Source: Raillietiella orientalis
Lineage: Eukaryota
Assembly: GCA_036172245.1 (NCBI GenBank)
Contig: JAYWIR010000091.1
Coordinates: 186,001-250,000, forward strand
Reading direction: 5' to 3'
DNA: 64,000 nucleotides
Shown: one piece after another, positions 1 through 11,734 of the stretch
Numbering within the stretch: position 1 is the stretch's first letter
Layout: every line of letters begins with the position of its first letter
Program-made: the position numbers and the translations under genes
Notes under the pieces: generated by a model
Databases searched by the model: none
Told to the model about the DNA's origin: nothing
Seen by the model: only the letters and a program-made list of their open reading frames with translations

Positions 1-757
1 CCGATGTCCGAGATGATCTCGCACACCGTGAAAGGCTCGTCGAGGCTCCTTTTCTCCTCCTCCACGATCGCTGGAGCACCTTTCGGAAGCAGGAGTCGTA
101 AGATATCCCGCTCCGTAGGGGCTCTGGCGTACAGGGGGGAGTAAAATTTCCTAACTATCCCGCGCTTCTAAGCAGGATCCGAGTGCACCCGGCCCGGGTC
201 GTCCAGCAAGCTGGCCCACATGGATTGCCGAGATTGCCTCTCGGCTCCCGCTCGTTACTCCGCTAACCTGCGCATGTCGGTGGTCCTAGCGTGACAACAA
301 GTCAGCAGACAGGCTCGTTCGCTACGGACCCCGGTCCGAAAACCCGGAGGTAGGCGGTGCTGAGGGAACCGGTCACAAAACTCCTGGTCCCACCGCTTGA
401 AACGGTTTGAATCCTAAATTTTCTGCAGCCTAAAGCTCTGTATAAACGTGCGGAGATGTTTCGCCCCGTCTGAAAGCTTTAGCCAGTCCCCTGGAAGTCG
501 CCACGCTTACGAGGGAGGACCCCTGTCGCGGGGGTAAACCCCGAGGAAGATCGGGCGATGGACGGACAGCTCGCAGGGTAACTTGCCGCGCCTGCCCACG
601 CGAGGGCACACGTGCTGATCAAGGAACAAGTAGCCGATGCTGTCCTCCATCCTTGGTTCACTGGCCAACAAATTACAGGTGTGCGCAGCCATGCACACCT
701 CCTTGACCAGGTCATGCTTGTGATTCTGCCCATCTCGTTTCAGGCGAACGTTGAAAT
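1..757 (-). pseudogene. Non-LTR retrotransposon ORF2 fragment (APE C-terminus from FNVRL, linker, start of RT region), A/H-related; host of a B-related insertion
   Basis: Minus strand reads NFNVRLKRDG...NLLASEPRMEDSIGYLFLD...RDRGPPS and further on PKGAPAIVEEEKRSLDEPFT, homologous to other ORF2 copies in the window; broken by stops and frameshifts. Confidence 0.85.
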
Positions 758-1722
758 TTTTTTCCTCGTTCACGCCGGGACGTTGATTGATATAAACGAG
801 CTGGAAACAGTTGTTTCCAGCTTTCGACAATAAAAAGATGCAGCGGAGATTTACGCCTAGCACGCAGGCCAGGAAAACGGAAGAACATGGACGACTGAGG
901 GGTGTCAAAAAAAAAAAAATTGTAAACGGGAGGAGTGGGCCAGGGAACTTTGGTGACGCTCCACAGTCACAGGGAAAGTCAAATGTTTTGGCACCAAAAT
1001 CACTGCGGAGCGTAGAGGAAAAAGGACGCGAGAGGAAAAAAATCAATTGAAAATAAAATGAGGGCGGATCACCCGTTTCGTCGTTCTAAGCGGTTGCTCA
1101 TCCGGCGATGGATACCGGTTAGCTCATCCGTTGTGTCCTCCCATGAGTGTCGACACTCTGCCGCCAATCTGATGAAGTCAAGTTATTTCCTGGTGACATA
1201 ACATCGCCGTCCAGTGTTCTCGAGCACGTCTCGGATTGTGACGACGGCGCGGATGCAACCAACAGTGGAAATCATCGCAGCCATCGAAAGTCCTTGTGGC
1301 CGGAAGAACCGCCGCAGCACTTGTCTAGCGGTGCCCCCCGGTGGCGGGAGACCTTCTGCTAGCCTCCGCTACAGTTCGTGGAGGGCAGCGCCGTCCATAT
1401 CAGGGTGCGGGAACGAATCGTTCGCTTCGCACTGCGCACAGTAGAAAGAAGCCACCCCACCGGAATCCCGTTGTCGCCGCTCGTCGTAGCGCAATCCCCA
1501 GTGCAAGGAGAGCAAAACGTCTTGCTTTTATGCAGGGGGAAACATCGAACCGTACAAACACCAGGGAGGGACTATAAGTTCCTCGGGGGCAACACCAAGA
1601 GCTTCTTCCCACCGAAGTAACCCTTATGGTGTAGTACGAGGAGTGGCGGCATCCGCAATCTCGCTCGTGGCCCATTCGTTAACTGGTTTTGTTCTTCCTG
1701 CAATGATGCAGGAGGAACCTGC
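758..1722 (-). mobile_element. 3' portion of a divergent B-related non-LTR element (ORF2 C-terminus with CCHC finger, 3' UTR, terminus)
   Basis: SCIIAGRTKPVNEWATSEIADAATPR...HWG...DSGGVAS..CAQC; stop at ~1069; terminus (minus) AATCAACGTCCCGGCGTGAACGAGG-AAAAAA then host ATTTCAAC. Confidence 0.85.
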
Positions 1723-2556
1723 AGGGGGTGGCGTGTAAGTCTTCAGTGTAATATTCTTCAGAATAGGGGGCACTCCGGGATAGGTGTCCGCCCTTTGAAT
1801 CCAGGAAGGGCTCCGAGTCTGTTCCTCCCACGCTTGGGGAGGGATCCCCTCGGACGGAGGGTACGCACCTCCCACCCTGGTTGTCTTCAAAGATGAACCC
1901 CGAAAAGAATCTCCTTCCTCATTCTCTCTGGAGGAACACCCTCCTAATAAGGGATGTTCCTGTCCATTTCAATTTCTCCCGAAAAAGCCCGGAAAGGAGC
2001 TGCTTGTAGGAATTTCTTCTCCGGAGGTAACCCGCAGGGGAACCGTTCCTTTATTTATTCTGAAGAGAATCCCAAGGGACGCTTTCGAATTTCAGAAGGG
2101 GTGCTGCAGCTTCCCGCAGGGGAAAAGCTCTCGCTTGCTTCCTTGTGCTCTCTGTGAAGGGGCGATGACACGCAGAAACCAGCCCCCGCAACAGGGGTTC
2201 CGCTTCTTTGAACAACTGGAGAGGTGCCCGTGAGGGCTCCTGCTCCTTCTTGAAAGTGGAGGGCTCCCTCGGTGAAGGGTCCCGCTCCCCTTCGCACGAC
2301 AGGATTGGTAACTCCCCACTCCTGGATTCCTGAGAGGACTTGATGGTCCATACCCATTGTTACGGCCCTCATCGGTAGGCCTCCGGCTTTATCCATTGCC
2401 AGGGATAAAGCCGGAGGACACGCCCGTATGTCTTGGCCAACCTGCGCAATCTTCCAGGAAAAAGTCGGAACCCAAACGACGCAGTGACGACAGTTATCTA
2501 CCGAAGTATTCGAACCCGCGACGCACGATACCACACGCGGAAGCCTAATCCACAAG
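1723..2556 (-). pseudogene. Possible highly degraded ORF1 remnant (zinc-knuckle-like region and low-complexity tail)
   Basis: LWIRLPRVVSCVAGSNTSVDNCRHC...QVGQDIRACP loosely resembles the LW...CxxC..GH...C..C...GH...CP pattern of other ORF1s here. Confidence 0.35.
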
Positions 2557-2559
2557 GCC

Positions 2560-4865
2560 TCTGATGTGGGCCACAGTCTTAATCAGCTCGGAACAGACAT
2601 ACGGTTTTCCAGGGCGAAGCATAGAAGCAAACCTTTTCCACGCTACCACATGGTTAAAGTTCCAACAAAGGAGGGTCTTAATATGCAAACCGAATTGTGG
2701 TGCGTCCGTTAGTGGGAGACAAGATGGACGGCTGGGGGTGGGAGCCCTTGCGGTCGCAATCGACTTGCGTAAATCATTCGACAGCGTCGACCAGAATCCC
2801 CTGCTGGAGCTTCTGAATTGCCTGGGCTTCCCGTCCCCTTTCTTGGCCTACCTGCGCTCCAGTAGGCGTGACGGGCTTATTAAAGTGATTTCCAGCGGGC
2901 ATACCGTGCACGGTGTACCGTTGCGACGCGGCATACGGCATGGAGACAGCCTGAGCCCTTGCTCTTAAGCACCTATTATTGTTTAGAGCCGAGAGCGTAC
3001 AGGGAGACTCTGACGCACCTGCCGCGCGATTATCTCGGTACGCCTGCGGTTTTGGCATACGCGGACGATTTGCTGCGGCTACTCCCTATGTCCACCCCGC
3101 CTTCGGCGGTGGAGGAGTTCTCCGACCTGTTGAGTCGAGGGAAAGAATTAACGATGAACAGGGCGAAGTCGTCCGTAATGCCAAGCGGATCGGCGTATGC
3201 ACGGCAACAGGACTGGGTCCCTTTGGGGATCCCCACGGTGAGGTAATTGAAAAACATTGTTGTGCTGTTCGGGGATTATTCCTCTGCGGAGGCGTCGTCC
3301 GCCTGCCTTTAGAAGGTTGAGGCGGCGATCGGTCCGTTTCACGACGGCAGGTTCTTCCTTCAGGAACGGACCACGGCGTAGAAAGCGTTTGCAGCCCCCC
3401 TTCTTCGCCCCTTGCTTTTTGATTCCTCCTTGTTAGGGGAGTTAAAGAAGTGAACGAAGCACTTCCTGAGGATCGCAACTTGGGGAAGAGGGAGGCCCGA
3501 GTACGTCCTGTGGACTTGTGTGCTTCGCGTCGTGATGGTGATATGAGCCTGCTGACGCTGGAGCGGCTAAAGCTTCAGCTCAATTCCGGATATTTGACTC
3601 TATGGCAAAGAACTGGTGCACCCCTTGGTGCGTCCCTGCACGTCTCCTTGTCGAGCTGGCCTCCGCTACGCGGAACTGCCTTCTACTTTGTACTCCGAAG
3701 AACCATCTGCCACTGCGGCATTCAGCTCCGCAGGGAGGCCAAACTCGTGAAGAAAAACACGGGATCGATCTTTGTACGAACGCGAAAGGCTCTGCCTGAC
3801 TGCAGGAAGCCCTTCGCAGGTTAGCGATGACTCAGGAGCAGATCACACAACACAAGCGAATAGCTCTGTTGGGGCCGCACGACCACCGCACGCTCCAAGA
3901 AATCGTCGTGGATCCCCGGAGGAGAGCGTGGCTACAAAAAACCTCCCTTGCTGCGGTACTGCCTACTTTTTGAGAACATCTAAGCAGCGACATCGCGGCA
4001 CAATGGGAGGCTACTCTCAAGATCGTCAACAGGGTATAGAAGATCGGGGAATGGAGAACGGGCGAACTGATCAACGCTGCGACCCCGAGTTTCACATCGC
4101 ACGGACTTTTGTGCTGGGGTGAGCTACTGGATGTTCCAGAGGAACCTCTTGAGTGGCACCCGATGCTCATGGACTCGCACACCCTCCCCATGAACGGGCA
4201 AGCGTCGTAACCGCTGGTGTTGCATTGGGGCCTCCCCTGTATTTCTGCCGACAGCACTGTACGCGGGGGGGTGTCAACCCCAATTGTGTCAGGTGCGGGA
4301 AGAGGAAATACCTCCTCCACCAGTTAGTGGATTGTGTTGCCCTCCGTCCCTTGTGGGAACGCCTTGCCACGACCCCTGGTATCCCTGATGGTAACCCGAG
4401 AGACGCTTTGCGCTTCCTCTTCGTCCATGACGCCCTGCCTCCAGCAGCCTCTCTTGCAACCCTGTGCTGCCTACACGGTATCGTCATAGCATCGAACAAA
4501 ATGATGGGAGGATTCAGTGACAGGAATGACATCGCTTATTGCGCCTGCTTCGTGAGTCTGGCGACGCGATTGCCCCATCTGACATCCGCCATGCAGCAAC
4601 AGTTTCGCGTTATCCTCAAGAGGATGACGGACTCTCCCAGCAAACAGTGATCTCTTCCAGCTGTCTCCCCGGTTTTTGTTTATTATTGGTTTTCATTTGT
4701 TTTAAGTACCCTTCCCCTCTCCTGCCGCGATCAACCGCCACCGTTTGCGCACCGGGAGCCCGGAAGGCTGGAAGTTTGTAGCGCGTGTCTGGAATACTGG
4801 TCCAGTCACAGTTTGTAGAGTTTTCTAGGGAACAACATGCGCCTGTGTACAACCGAGTTTCAATT
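2560..4865 (+). mobile_element. 5'-truncated non-LTR element H' (A-related ORF2: RT to C-terminal zinc finger, 3' UTR), degraded
   Basis: EQTYGFPGRSI, DLRKSFDSVD, GIRHGDSLSP, AYADDL (~3055), CVRCGKRKYLLHQLVDC, stop 4650; degenerate 3' terminal motif ~4831-4860. Confidence 0.88.
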
Positions 4866-5431
4866 GAGATTGCAAACGGTGACGCCTCTCAGGAATTCGC
4901 GAAGTTGTTCTTTTGTACCTGAGAGTTGCCACGCTCTGGAAGGCGGACCCTTATCGCGTGGGCGCATTTCGAATATCTACCGGAAATGGTCAGACAGCTG
5001 CGACGCAACTTTCCCTCGCTTTCCGACTCGTAGGCGCAGGTCGATGTCGACGAGGACGTGATCGATGCTGCTGACCGTTTCCGGAAGATATCCTGACAAT
5101 TTGCGGGTGCGCGTGGCAGGGTACAACTCTTTAACCGTCCGCTCCTGTGCGCGAGGATTATCCGATAGCAGGCCAAGATTGAAGTCTCCCGCTATCAGCA
5201 AAGAACTGCACACGTTCGCCCCCACCAGCCAGTCGCTCTTCAGAGTTTTCAGGAACGCCTCACGATTCTGGTATCTGGCAGGACCGCTGAGAGCGTACAC
5301 GTTTGCTAAGTCGAGGTCGATCGTGTGGGACCATCTGCGAAACAGATGGCCGACTCGAGCGGCTTCGTCGAAGCGCACGCCTTTCACGTCAGCGTCGAAC
5401 GCCGGCTTCATGGAATACGCAAAAAAAACAG
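4866..5431 (-). pseudogene. APE endonuclease fragment of a C-like element; host for H' (at 4866) and D1 (at ~5432)
   Basis: ORF 4977..5519: KPAFDADVKGVRFD...NVYA...LIAGDFNLGLL...SSIDHVLVD...LSDHFR. Confidence 0.9.
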
Positions 5432-7581
5432 GTTTTTCACAAGGGTGAGCCGGGGCTTTTATTATTAAAATTTTCGCAATAACAAAAATTTCATAATAAA
5501 GTCTTATATTTTTATTCAATTGTTTTTCTTTTTAGGACATTTAGAAATTCACGGTTCCTCTGTGGCACTTGTTCTTACCGACCCGGAGGCCGATATGGTC
5601 GATCGCACTGAAGCAAAGAAAAAAAAAACAAAAATAAAAGAAAAAAAGAAAAACTCCTGGAGGACAATGTTTTTGGGGAAGCGGAGGGAGGGAACGAATC
5701 ACGGTACGCTGTGAGAAGGCCTTTGCATCCGGTCACGGATGCAGACGAGTGCTGTCAAATAGTTCTGAAGTCAACGCCAACGGCAGGCCTTCTCCAAAGA
5801 GATAGCTGCCCAGTGGATGACATTCCGACTTTTCCTATCTACCCTTGACGCGGTCCACTTGTCGAGGATCCCGCGTATGCAACAGAGCACTGCTAGCCAC
5901 CCGGAAGCTGGCAAGGCGTCCTGCGCTAGGAGGCGTTGAAATAAAGTTTTCGTGTCGCCGACCGGAATGTTCAGGAGCGACGAAAAGTCGGTCCCACATC
6001 TCCCGGAGAGCGACACACTCTAGAATCAGGTGAGGGAAGGTTTCTTGTTCCCCGCACTCTGTACACTGGGCATACACACTTTCCGATGTCCAGTGACACA
6101 GGCGTGCTCTGCTTAAAAGTGCCCAATGGAGCAGAAACAACGCCGTCCCCTGCCACTGCAGGGGAAGGGTGCCGCTGTCCCAAGACGCTGGCTGCCACTT
6201 CACCTCCTCCGGAGGTATACCGAGCAGCGCGCTTCAGCGTAAAAGTCCGTTCATCGGGACACTCGGGGTACTAGCGTCCGCTAGTTCCCTCGGCGTCCAC
6301 GCCTTCAGTGATTTTTTCCTGCCTCCGATGAGGCAGAACACTTCCCACGATGCCTGTTGGTTGCTATCCCGAACTTCCCTGAGGAAGGGCAGCACTGAAG
6401 CAAGGGGGGTGAAGGAAGCTTACAGAATTTTCCGTGGGTTGGAAACGATCTTTTGGAGTGGCTGACCAGCGTGCCTCCCTCTGCGGAGGCAGGAGAAGTC
6501 CTCATTGCTGATGCCATTGATCTTCACCCATGCGGATACGGACAACTGAAGCAGGTAGTCCAGTCCGCTGGGATGCAGGAGATCCAAGAGTTGTCTCTCA
6601 TCAGAGCAATCAAATCCCGCAGCTGATATCCGCATTGGTTCAGGCTGCGTTCGTGGACTACTAGGATTGTGGTCAATCCGAAGCAGCCGGTTGCCCTGTG
6701 AGCGAGGAGTCTTGAAGGTGCACACCAGGGTGCGATGCAATACATTGTTAAAAATGCAAGTTTTCTAAATAACATCTGTCGCTACATGAGCTCCAACGTC
6801 AGGAGACCAAGTCCACCGTCCCTGCGTGGAGCGCACAAGTCTTTGAGCCGGACGCAACGCCTCCGGTTGCCTTAGAGGGCTTTCCGTATAAGGCCCCTAG
6901 TCCGTGTCCGAATTTATTACGGAGTAGGGCACACAAAAAGTAGGGGCGAAGGAGGGGGGGCGCGAAAGCGTTTCACACGGCGTCCCGTTCCTGCAAGTAA
7001 AACTTGCCGTCCCGGAACGGACCCATCGCCAATTGCACCTTTTGGGGACAGATCAGGCTTCTGCAGAGCAGAAGTCCTCCGAGGGAACGCTAAGGTACTT
7101 GATATACCCGCCCGTATGGATCCCCAAGCGAATCCAGTCCGACCGTCCAGCCCGCGTCGAATCCGTTAATAGTAACAACGACTTCGTCCTTGTTTCCTCG
7201 ATGCCTGTCACGCGGTGCAGCAACCCGAAGAAATCCTTGAGCGCCGATGCCGGTCTCGACCAGGGAAGCAGGAGCAGAAGGTCTTCGGCATAAGCCGACA
7301 CGGCAGGCGTGCCGGGGCACGAGCTCGGAAAGGTTGCCAAAGTCTCACTGTATGCAATCAGCAAGAACTCAAAGTAGATGCTGAAGAGCAGGAGGGTGCG
7401 GCTGTCAACCTGCCTAATGCCGCGACGAACCGGCACGCCAAACACGTGGCTGCGCTGAAATTGATATTCATAAAAGCGAAGCGCCAGCAGGAGCGAAGGT
7501 AGGACAGGGAGACGGCCGGCAATCCCAAGCGTGACAGAAGCTTCAAAAGCACTTCCTGGTCGACGCAGTCGAAAGCCTACG
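5432..7581 (-). mobile_element. Family D copy 1: 3' half from RT KAFD to the 3' terminus
   Basis: KAFDCVDQEVLL, GIRQVDS, AYAEDL, CTECGEQETFPHLILEC; terminus AATAAAAGCCCCGGCTCACCCTTGTG-AAAAA; colinear with 33851-36003. Confidence 0.9.
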
Positions 7582-10280
7582 CCTCCCGAGCGGGATTTCT
7601 CACGAATCCTGCTTCCGAAAGGCGCTTATGCGATCAAGGAAGAGGAAAAAAAGTCACTCGACGAGTCTTTCACGATGGGCGAGATCATCTCGGCCATCGG
7701 AAAGCTCAAGATGCGAAAGGCTCCAGAGAGGACGGCCTGTCCGCGGAGTTTTATCAAACTTTCACGGCTGAGCCAACTCCCTGGTACATCAACTCACCTT
7801 GCTGATACGCGAGACAGGTGACGTTCCCGCCTCGTGTCGTTCGGCAAAGGTGCGGCTTCTCCCTAAGGGAGGAGATCTGAGGAGCATGAACAACTGGCGT
7901 CCCATCACAATAGTGAATGCGGATGCCAAGTTGATAGCTAAGGTTTGGGGTTAGCGTTTGGGACGGGTTGCAAACGCCTTCATCAGCCCGGAACAGACGT
8001 ATGTTGTTCCGGGGCGAAGCATGGAGGCGAACCTGTTCCACGCTTCCACCTGGCTAGAGCTCCAACACGAAAGGGCTTGATGCGCACCGGGAATTCCGGT
8101 GAGTCCGTCAGTCATGCGACGGATGGTCGGATGGGGGAGGGAGCAATTGCGGTCGCTGTCGACTTGCGTAAAGCATTCGCCAGCGTCGACCAGAATCTCC
8201 TGCTGGAGCTTTTGGAACGCTTGGGATTCCCGGCCTCATTATTGGCCTATCTGCGCTCTAGCTGGCGCGATGCGCTAATCAACGTTACTTTCAGCGGGCA
8301 TACTGTTCACGGCGTGCCGGTGCAACGTGGGATCCGGCAAGGAGACAGCCTGAGACCCTTGCTCTTGAGTACCTACTTTGAGTTGGTACTGAAAGCGTAC
8401 AGGGAAACTCTGGCGCACCTGCCACATGAATGCGCCGGAACGCCTGCGGTTTAAGCATATGCGGACGACCTACTGCTACTGCTCCCTATGTCCACCCCGG
8501 CTTCGGCGGTCGAGAAGTTCTTCGACCTGCTGAATCGAGGAACCGGGCTTACGGTGAACATGGCGAAGTCGTCCGTGATGCCAGTTGGTGCGGCGTGGGC
8601 AGGGCAGCAGGACTGGGTCCGTTTGGGGATCCCCACGGTGAGGTACTTCAAGTACCTTGGTGTGCCGTTGTGGGACTACTCCCCTGCGGAAGCGTGGTCC
8701 GGCTGCCTTCAAAAAGTAGAGACGGCTATCGGCCCGTTCCGAGGCGGCAGGTTTTTCCTGCCTGAACGGGCCGCGGTTTGGAACATGTTCGAGGCTTCTC
8801 TCCTCCGTTCCCTGCTTTTTGTTTGCCCCTCCACAGAGAGGATCAAAAAGCGGACGAAGGACCTCCTCCGTATCGCCCTTTGGGGCAACAAGAGGTCCCG
8901 AGTCCGCTTGAAGGAGTTGTGCGCTCCGCGTCGGGACGGTGGTCTCGGCCTCCTGACATTGGAGCGGCTGGAACTGCAGCTCCAGTTCCGGATTTTGGCA
9001 CTTGTGCCGGAGTTGTGGTGCACCTGTTGGTGCGTCACTGCACGTCTCCTCCTTCAGCAAGCCACCTGCAATCCGGGACTTACGTCGTTTCTTGCACTCC
9101 ATCGAAGCCGCATCAACCGAATTAGGCTTCAGCTACGGAGGGTGGCTGCGCTGGCAAGGAAAAATCAAGGATGGAGCACCTGTCTCCCCGCGAACGGTTG
9201 TGCCTGGTTGCAGGAAACCGTTCGTTCGTGGGGACAGTTCGGCATGCAAACCTCCCATCAGGAACGAAGGTTCCTGTTTGGGTGTTACAGAAGTTGCACG
9301 CTCCGTGAGATCCTGGAGGATCCTAAGTAGAGAGCGGGGTCAGGAGGAACTTCCCTCGCTGCTGCGCTGGACTTCCTAGTGGAACAACAGGACAGCGATG
9401 TTGAGGCGAAGTGGGAGGTTACAATATAAATCTCCGGGAAGGAGAAGAAGCAGAGAGAGTGGAAGACGGGCCAGCTAACTGATGCAGCGACCCCGAGTAC
9501 GCCTCCTAATGGACATCTGCGCTGGGTAGCGCTGCTGGATGTTCCGATTGAACATCTGAAGGGGCCCCCGTTTCTTATGAACACTTCCATCCTCCCCCTA
9601 AAATGGTAAGAGTCGGCATTCCTGTTGCAGGACTGGGGACTCCTCTGCAACGCCCGTCGACACCACTGGACCTGGGGAGCGGTGGATCCCAATTGTGTAA
9701 GGTGCGGGGAACGGGATTCCCTCCCCCACCTCCTAGTGGATTGTGTTGCCCTTCGGCCCCTTTGGTTCCGCTTTGCCGCGGCCATCGGTATCCCTTGCAG
9801 CAACCCCAGGGACGCACTAAAAGCCTTCTTCGTTGCCGACGCCCTGCGGCCAGCGTCCTCGATAGCAGCCTTGTGCTGCTTTCGTGGGATCGTCGCCGCC
9901 TGGAGCACGGCGACGGGAGGACCTAGCGATATTGACGCCATCTAGGGCGCCTCCCAATTCCTGAGGAGGGCGTCGCGATGGCGCCACCTGGATGTTCATT
10001 ACAAACAAGAGCTTGCCAGCATCCTGAGAGGGATGATGCGTCCCCAGCAGCAACAGTGATCTCTTCCCGTTCCCTCCCACCCTTTGTTTTTTTTTTTTGT
10101 TTAGTTTTATTGTTTTTCTTCTTTCCCCTGCTGCCTTGGAGGACCGTACCGGTCTGGAAACCGGTAAATTGGCAGGCACCGTGGTTCTTAGCTTCTCGCT
10201 GGAGCATTGCCACAGCCATTAATAATTTGTTTACAAAGTTTATTTTTTTAATAAACGACCCGGAGAAATCCGGGTGAAAA
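7582..10280 (+). mobile_element. Family A copy 0: 5'-truncated (ORF2 RT to 3' end), antisense in the KAFD codons of D1
   Basis: NWRPITIVNAD, DLRKAFASVD, GIRQGDSL, AYADDL, CVRCGERDSLPHLLVDC; flanked by TCGAAAGCCTACG (7569-7581) and TCGAAAGCTTTACG (10281-10294). Confidence 0.9.
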
Positions 10281-10294
10281 TCGAAAGCTTTACG

Positions 10295-11734
10295 TTAGCT
10301 AGAGCGGACGTGTTTCCTCGGTGCTTCTCGTGCCAAGAACCGTCCCTAGGTGTAGGCTTCGTGTGTGGTGGTGGTCGATCAGGCAGCAATGCCTGACACG
10401 ACCACCAGTGCGTGTCAGCGGGCGGTGGCAACGTCGCCTCCTGAAGAAATGGAGTGCCAGGTGGCGGCGGCAACGACGCCTCTAGAGAAGGTGGAGTGCC
10501 AGAAGGCGGCAGCAACGTTGCCTCCAGTGGAGAAGGAGGTGGAAGCGTCCGCCCCCACAAACCCGGTCCCCGCTCCAACGGGAGCGTGGAGCGCCGTCGT
10601 GTCGGAGCCATCGCCTGCAGCCGCGGCGGAACTATCTGCCTATGTCGAAGAGGGGTATAACCGATCACCATTCTACAAGGTATTAAATTTTGTATTCTTC
10701 TGAGTATGCGCGCGCCTTTTAGAAGGGGATGCGCGCTCTCGATGTTAAAGAGGAGCAGCTATGCGCTGTGACCATTCGTAGATAGGGGCAGGACGTAGAG
10801 GTGATCTGCAAACATGCAGATCTGGCCCAACGTCTGCTTACAACCCCCGTGGTAATGGGGACACGCAGACTCATTCCTGTTACGGCGGACCACAGTATGG
10901 TGGTCCACCTTTTAGGAGTTACCGCGCGGGTGCGGAAAGAAGAGTTACGCGCCGCGTTGGGAAAAGAAGGCACGGTCCATGCAATATGGAACAATCCTAG
11001 TCCTTTCGAGGACTATACCACAGTTTAGTGCGGCCTTACGGCTACCGTTGTAACCGTTCGGGAGGGCTCTACCTTTCCCCACAAATTGGTAGTCGGCGGA
11101 GAAAGCGTCGACCTCTGGTACGTGGGGAAGCCCAAATACTGTGGCTTCTGCAACACGTCGGGACACCTCAAAAGGAGGTGCCCCAACGTACAGTGCCTAA
11201 TATGCGGGACAATGGGCCACACGAAGGAAGTGTGTCCACAATCCGCTGTGGGCGTGTATTCCGCGAGGAACCTAAAAAAACGCACGCGGCTGCTACAGAA
11301 AAAACTGCCGTTGAAGGCTGCCGCTCAAGCTGTGCCACCCACTCCCGTGGTCCAGGCCTCAGCCGACACTCCGGCAACGAATGCCGAAAAGATCGACAAA
11401 ATCGGTCAGGTGTCGGAATGGCTAGAAGTCACAGCGAAAAAGAAAAAAAAGTCGATGAAAGAACGACGAATGGAGAACAAGCTCGCCTACCAAAATAAAA
11501 AACAGCAGGTTAGCGAGAATATAAAAGAATGCAGGCTCGTCGTGGAACGCGCCCCGCCGAACACCGCAAGGTAGAAATCGCTGCTACCGACGAGCAACCC
11601 ACTGTTGAAAATGTCAACAGCGTGGGTAGCAAACCGGCGGAAGCGTTCGTCATCGAGACCGTGATCGATGACGCCGCCTTCGAGCGTGCGGCGGAGGATC
11701 CGCCTGCATCGTTGCAGCCAGCCCCCTCCAAGGC
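10295..11734 (+). mobile_element. Family A copy 1: 5' end and ORF1 (ATG 10389), 3' part lost
   Basis: Starts TTAGCTAGAGCGGACGTG; ORF1 with CGFCNTSGHLKRRC and CLICGTMGHTKEVC knuckles; colinear with 31835-33850. Confidence 0.9.
10420..10540 (+). repeat. 39-bp (13-aa) coding tandem repeat in family A ORF1 N-terminus; ~3 copies here, ~4 at 33580-33725
   Basis: AVATSPPEEMECQ / VAAATTPLEKVECQ / KAAATLPPVEKEV. Confidence 0.85.
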
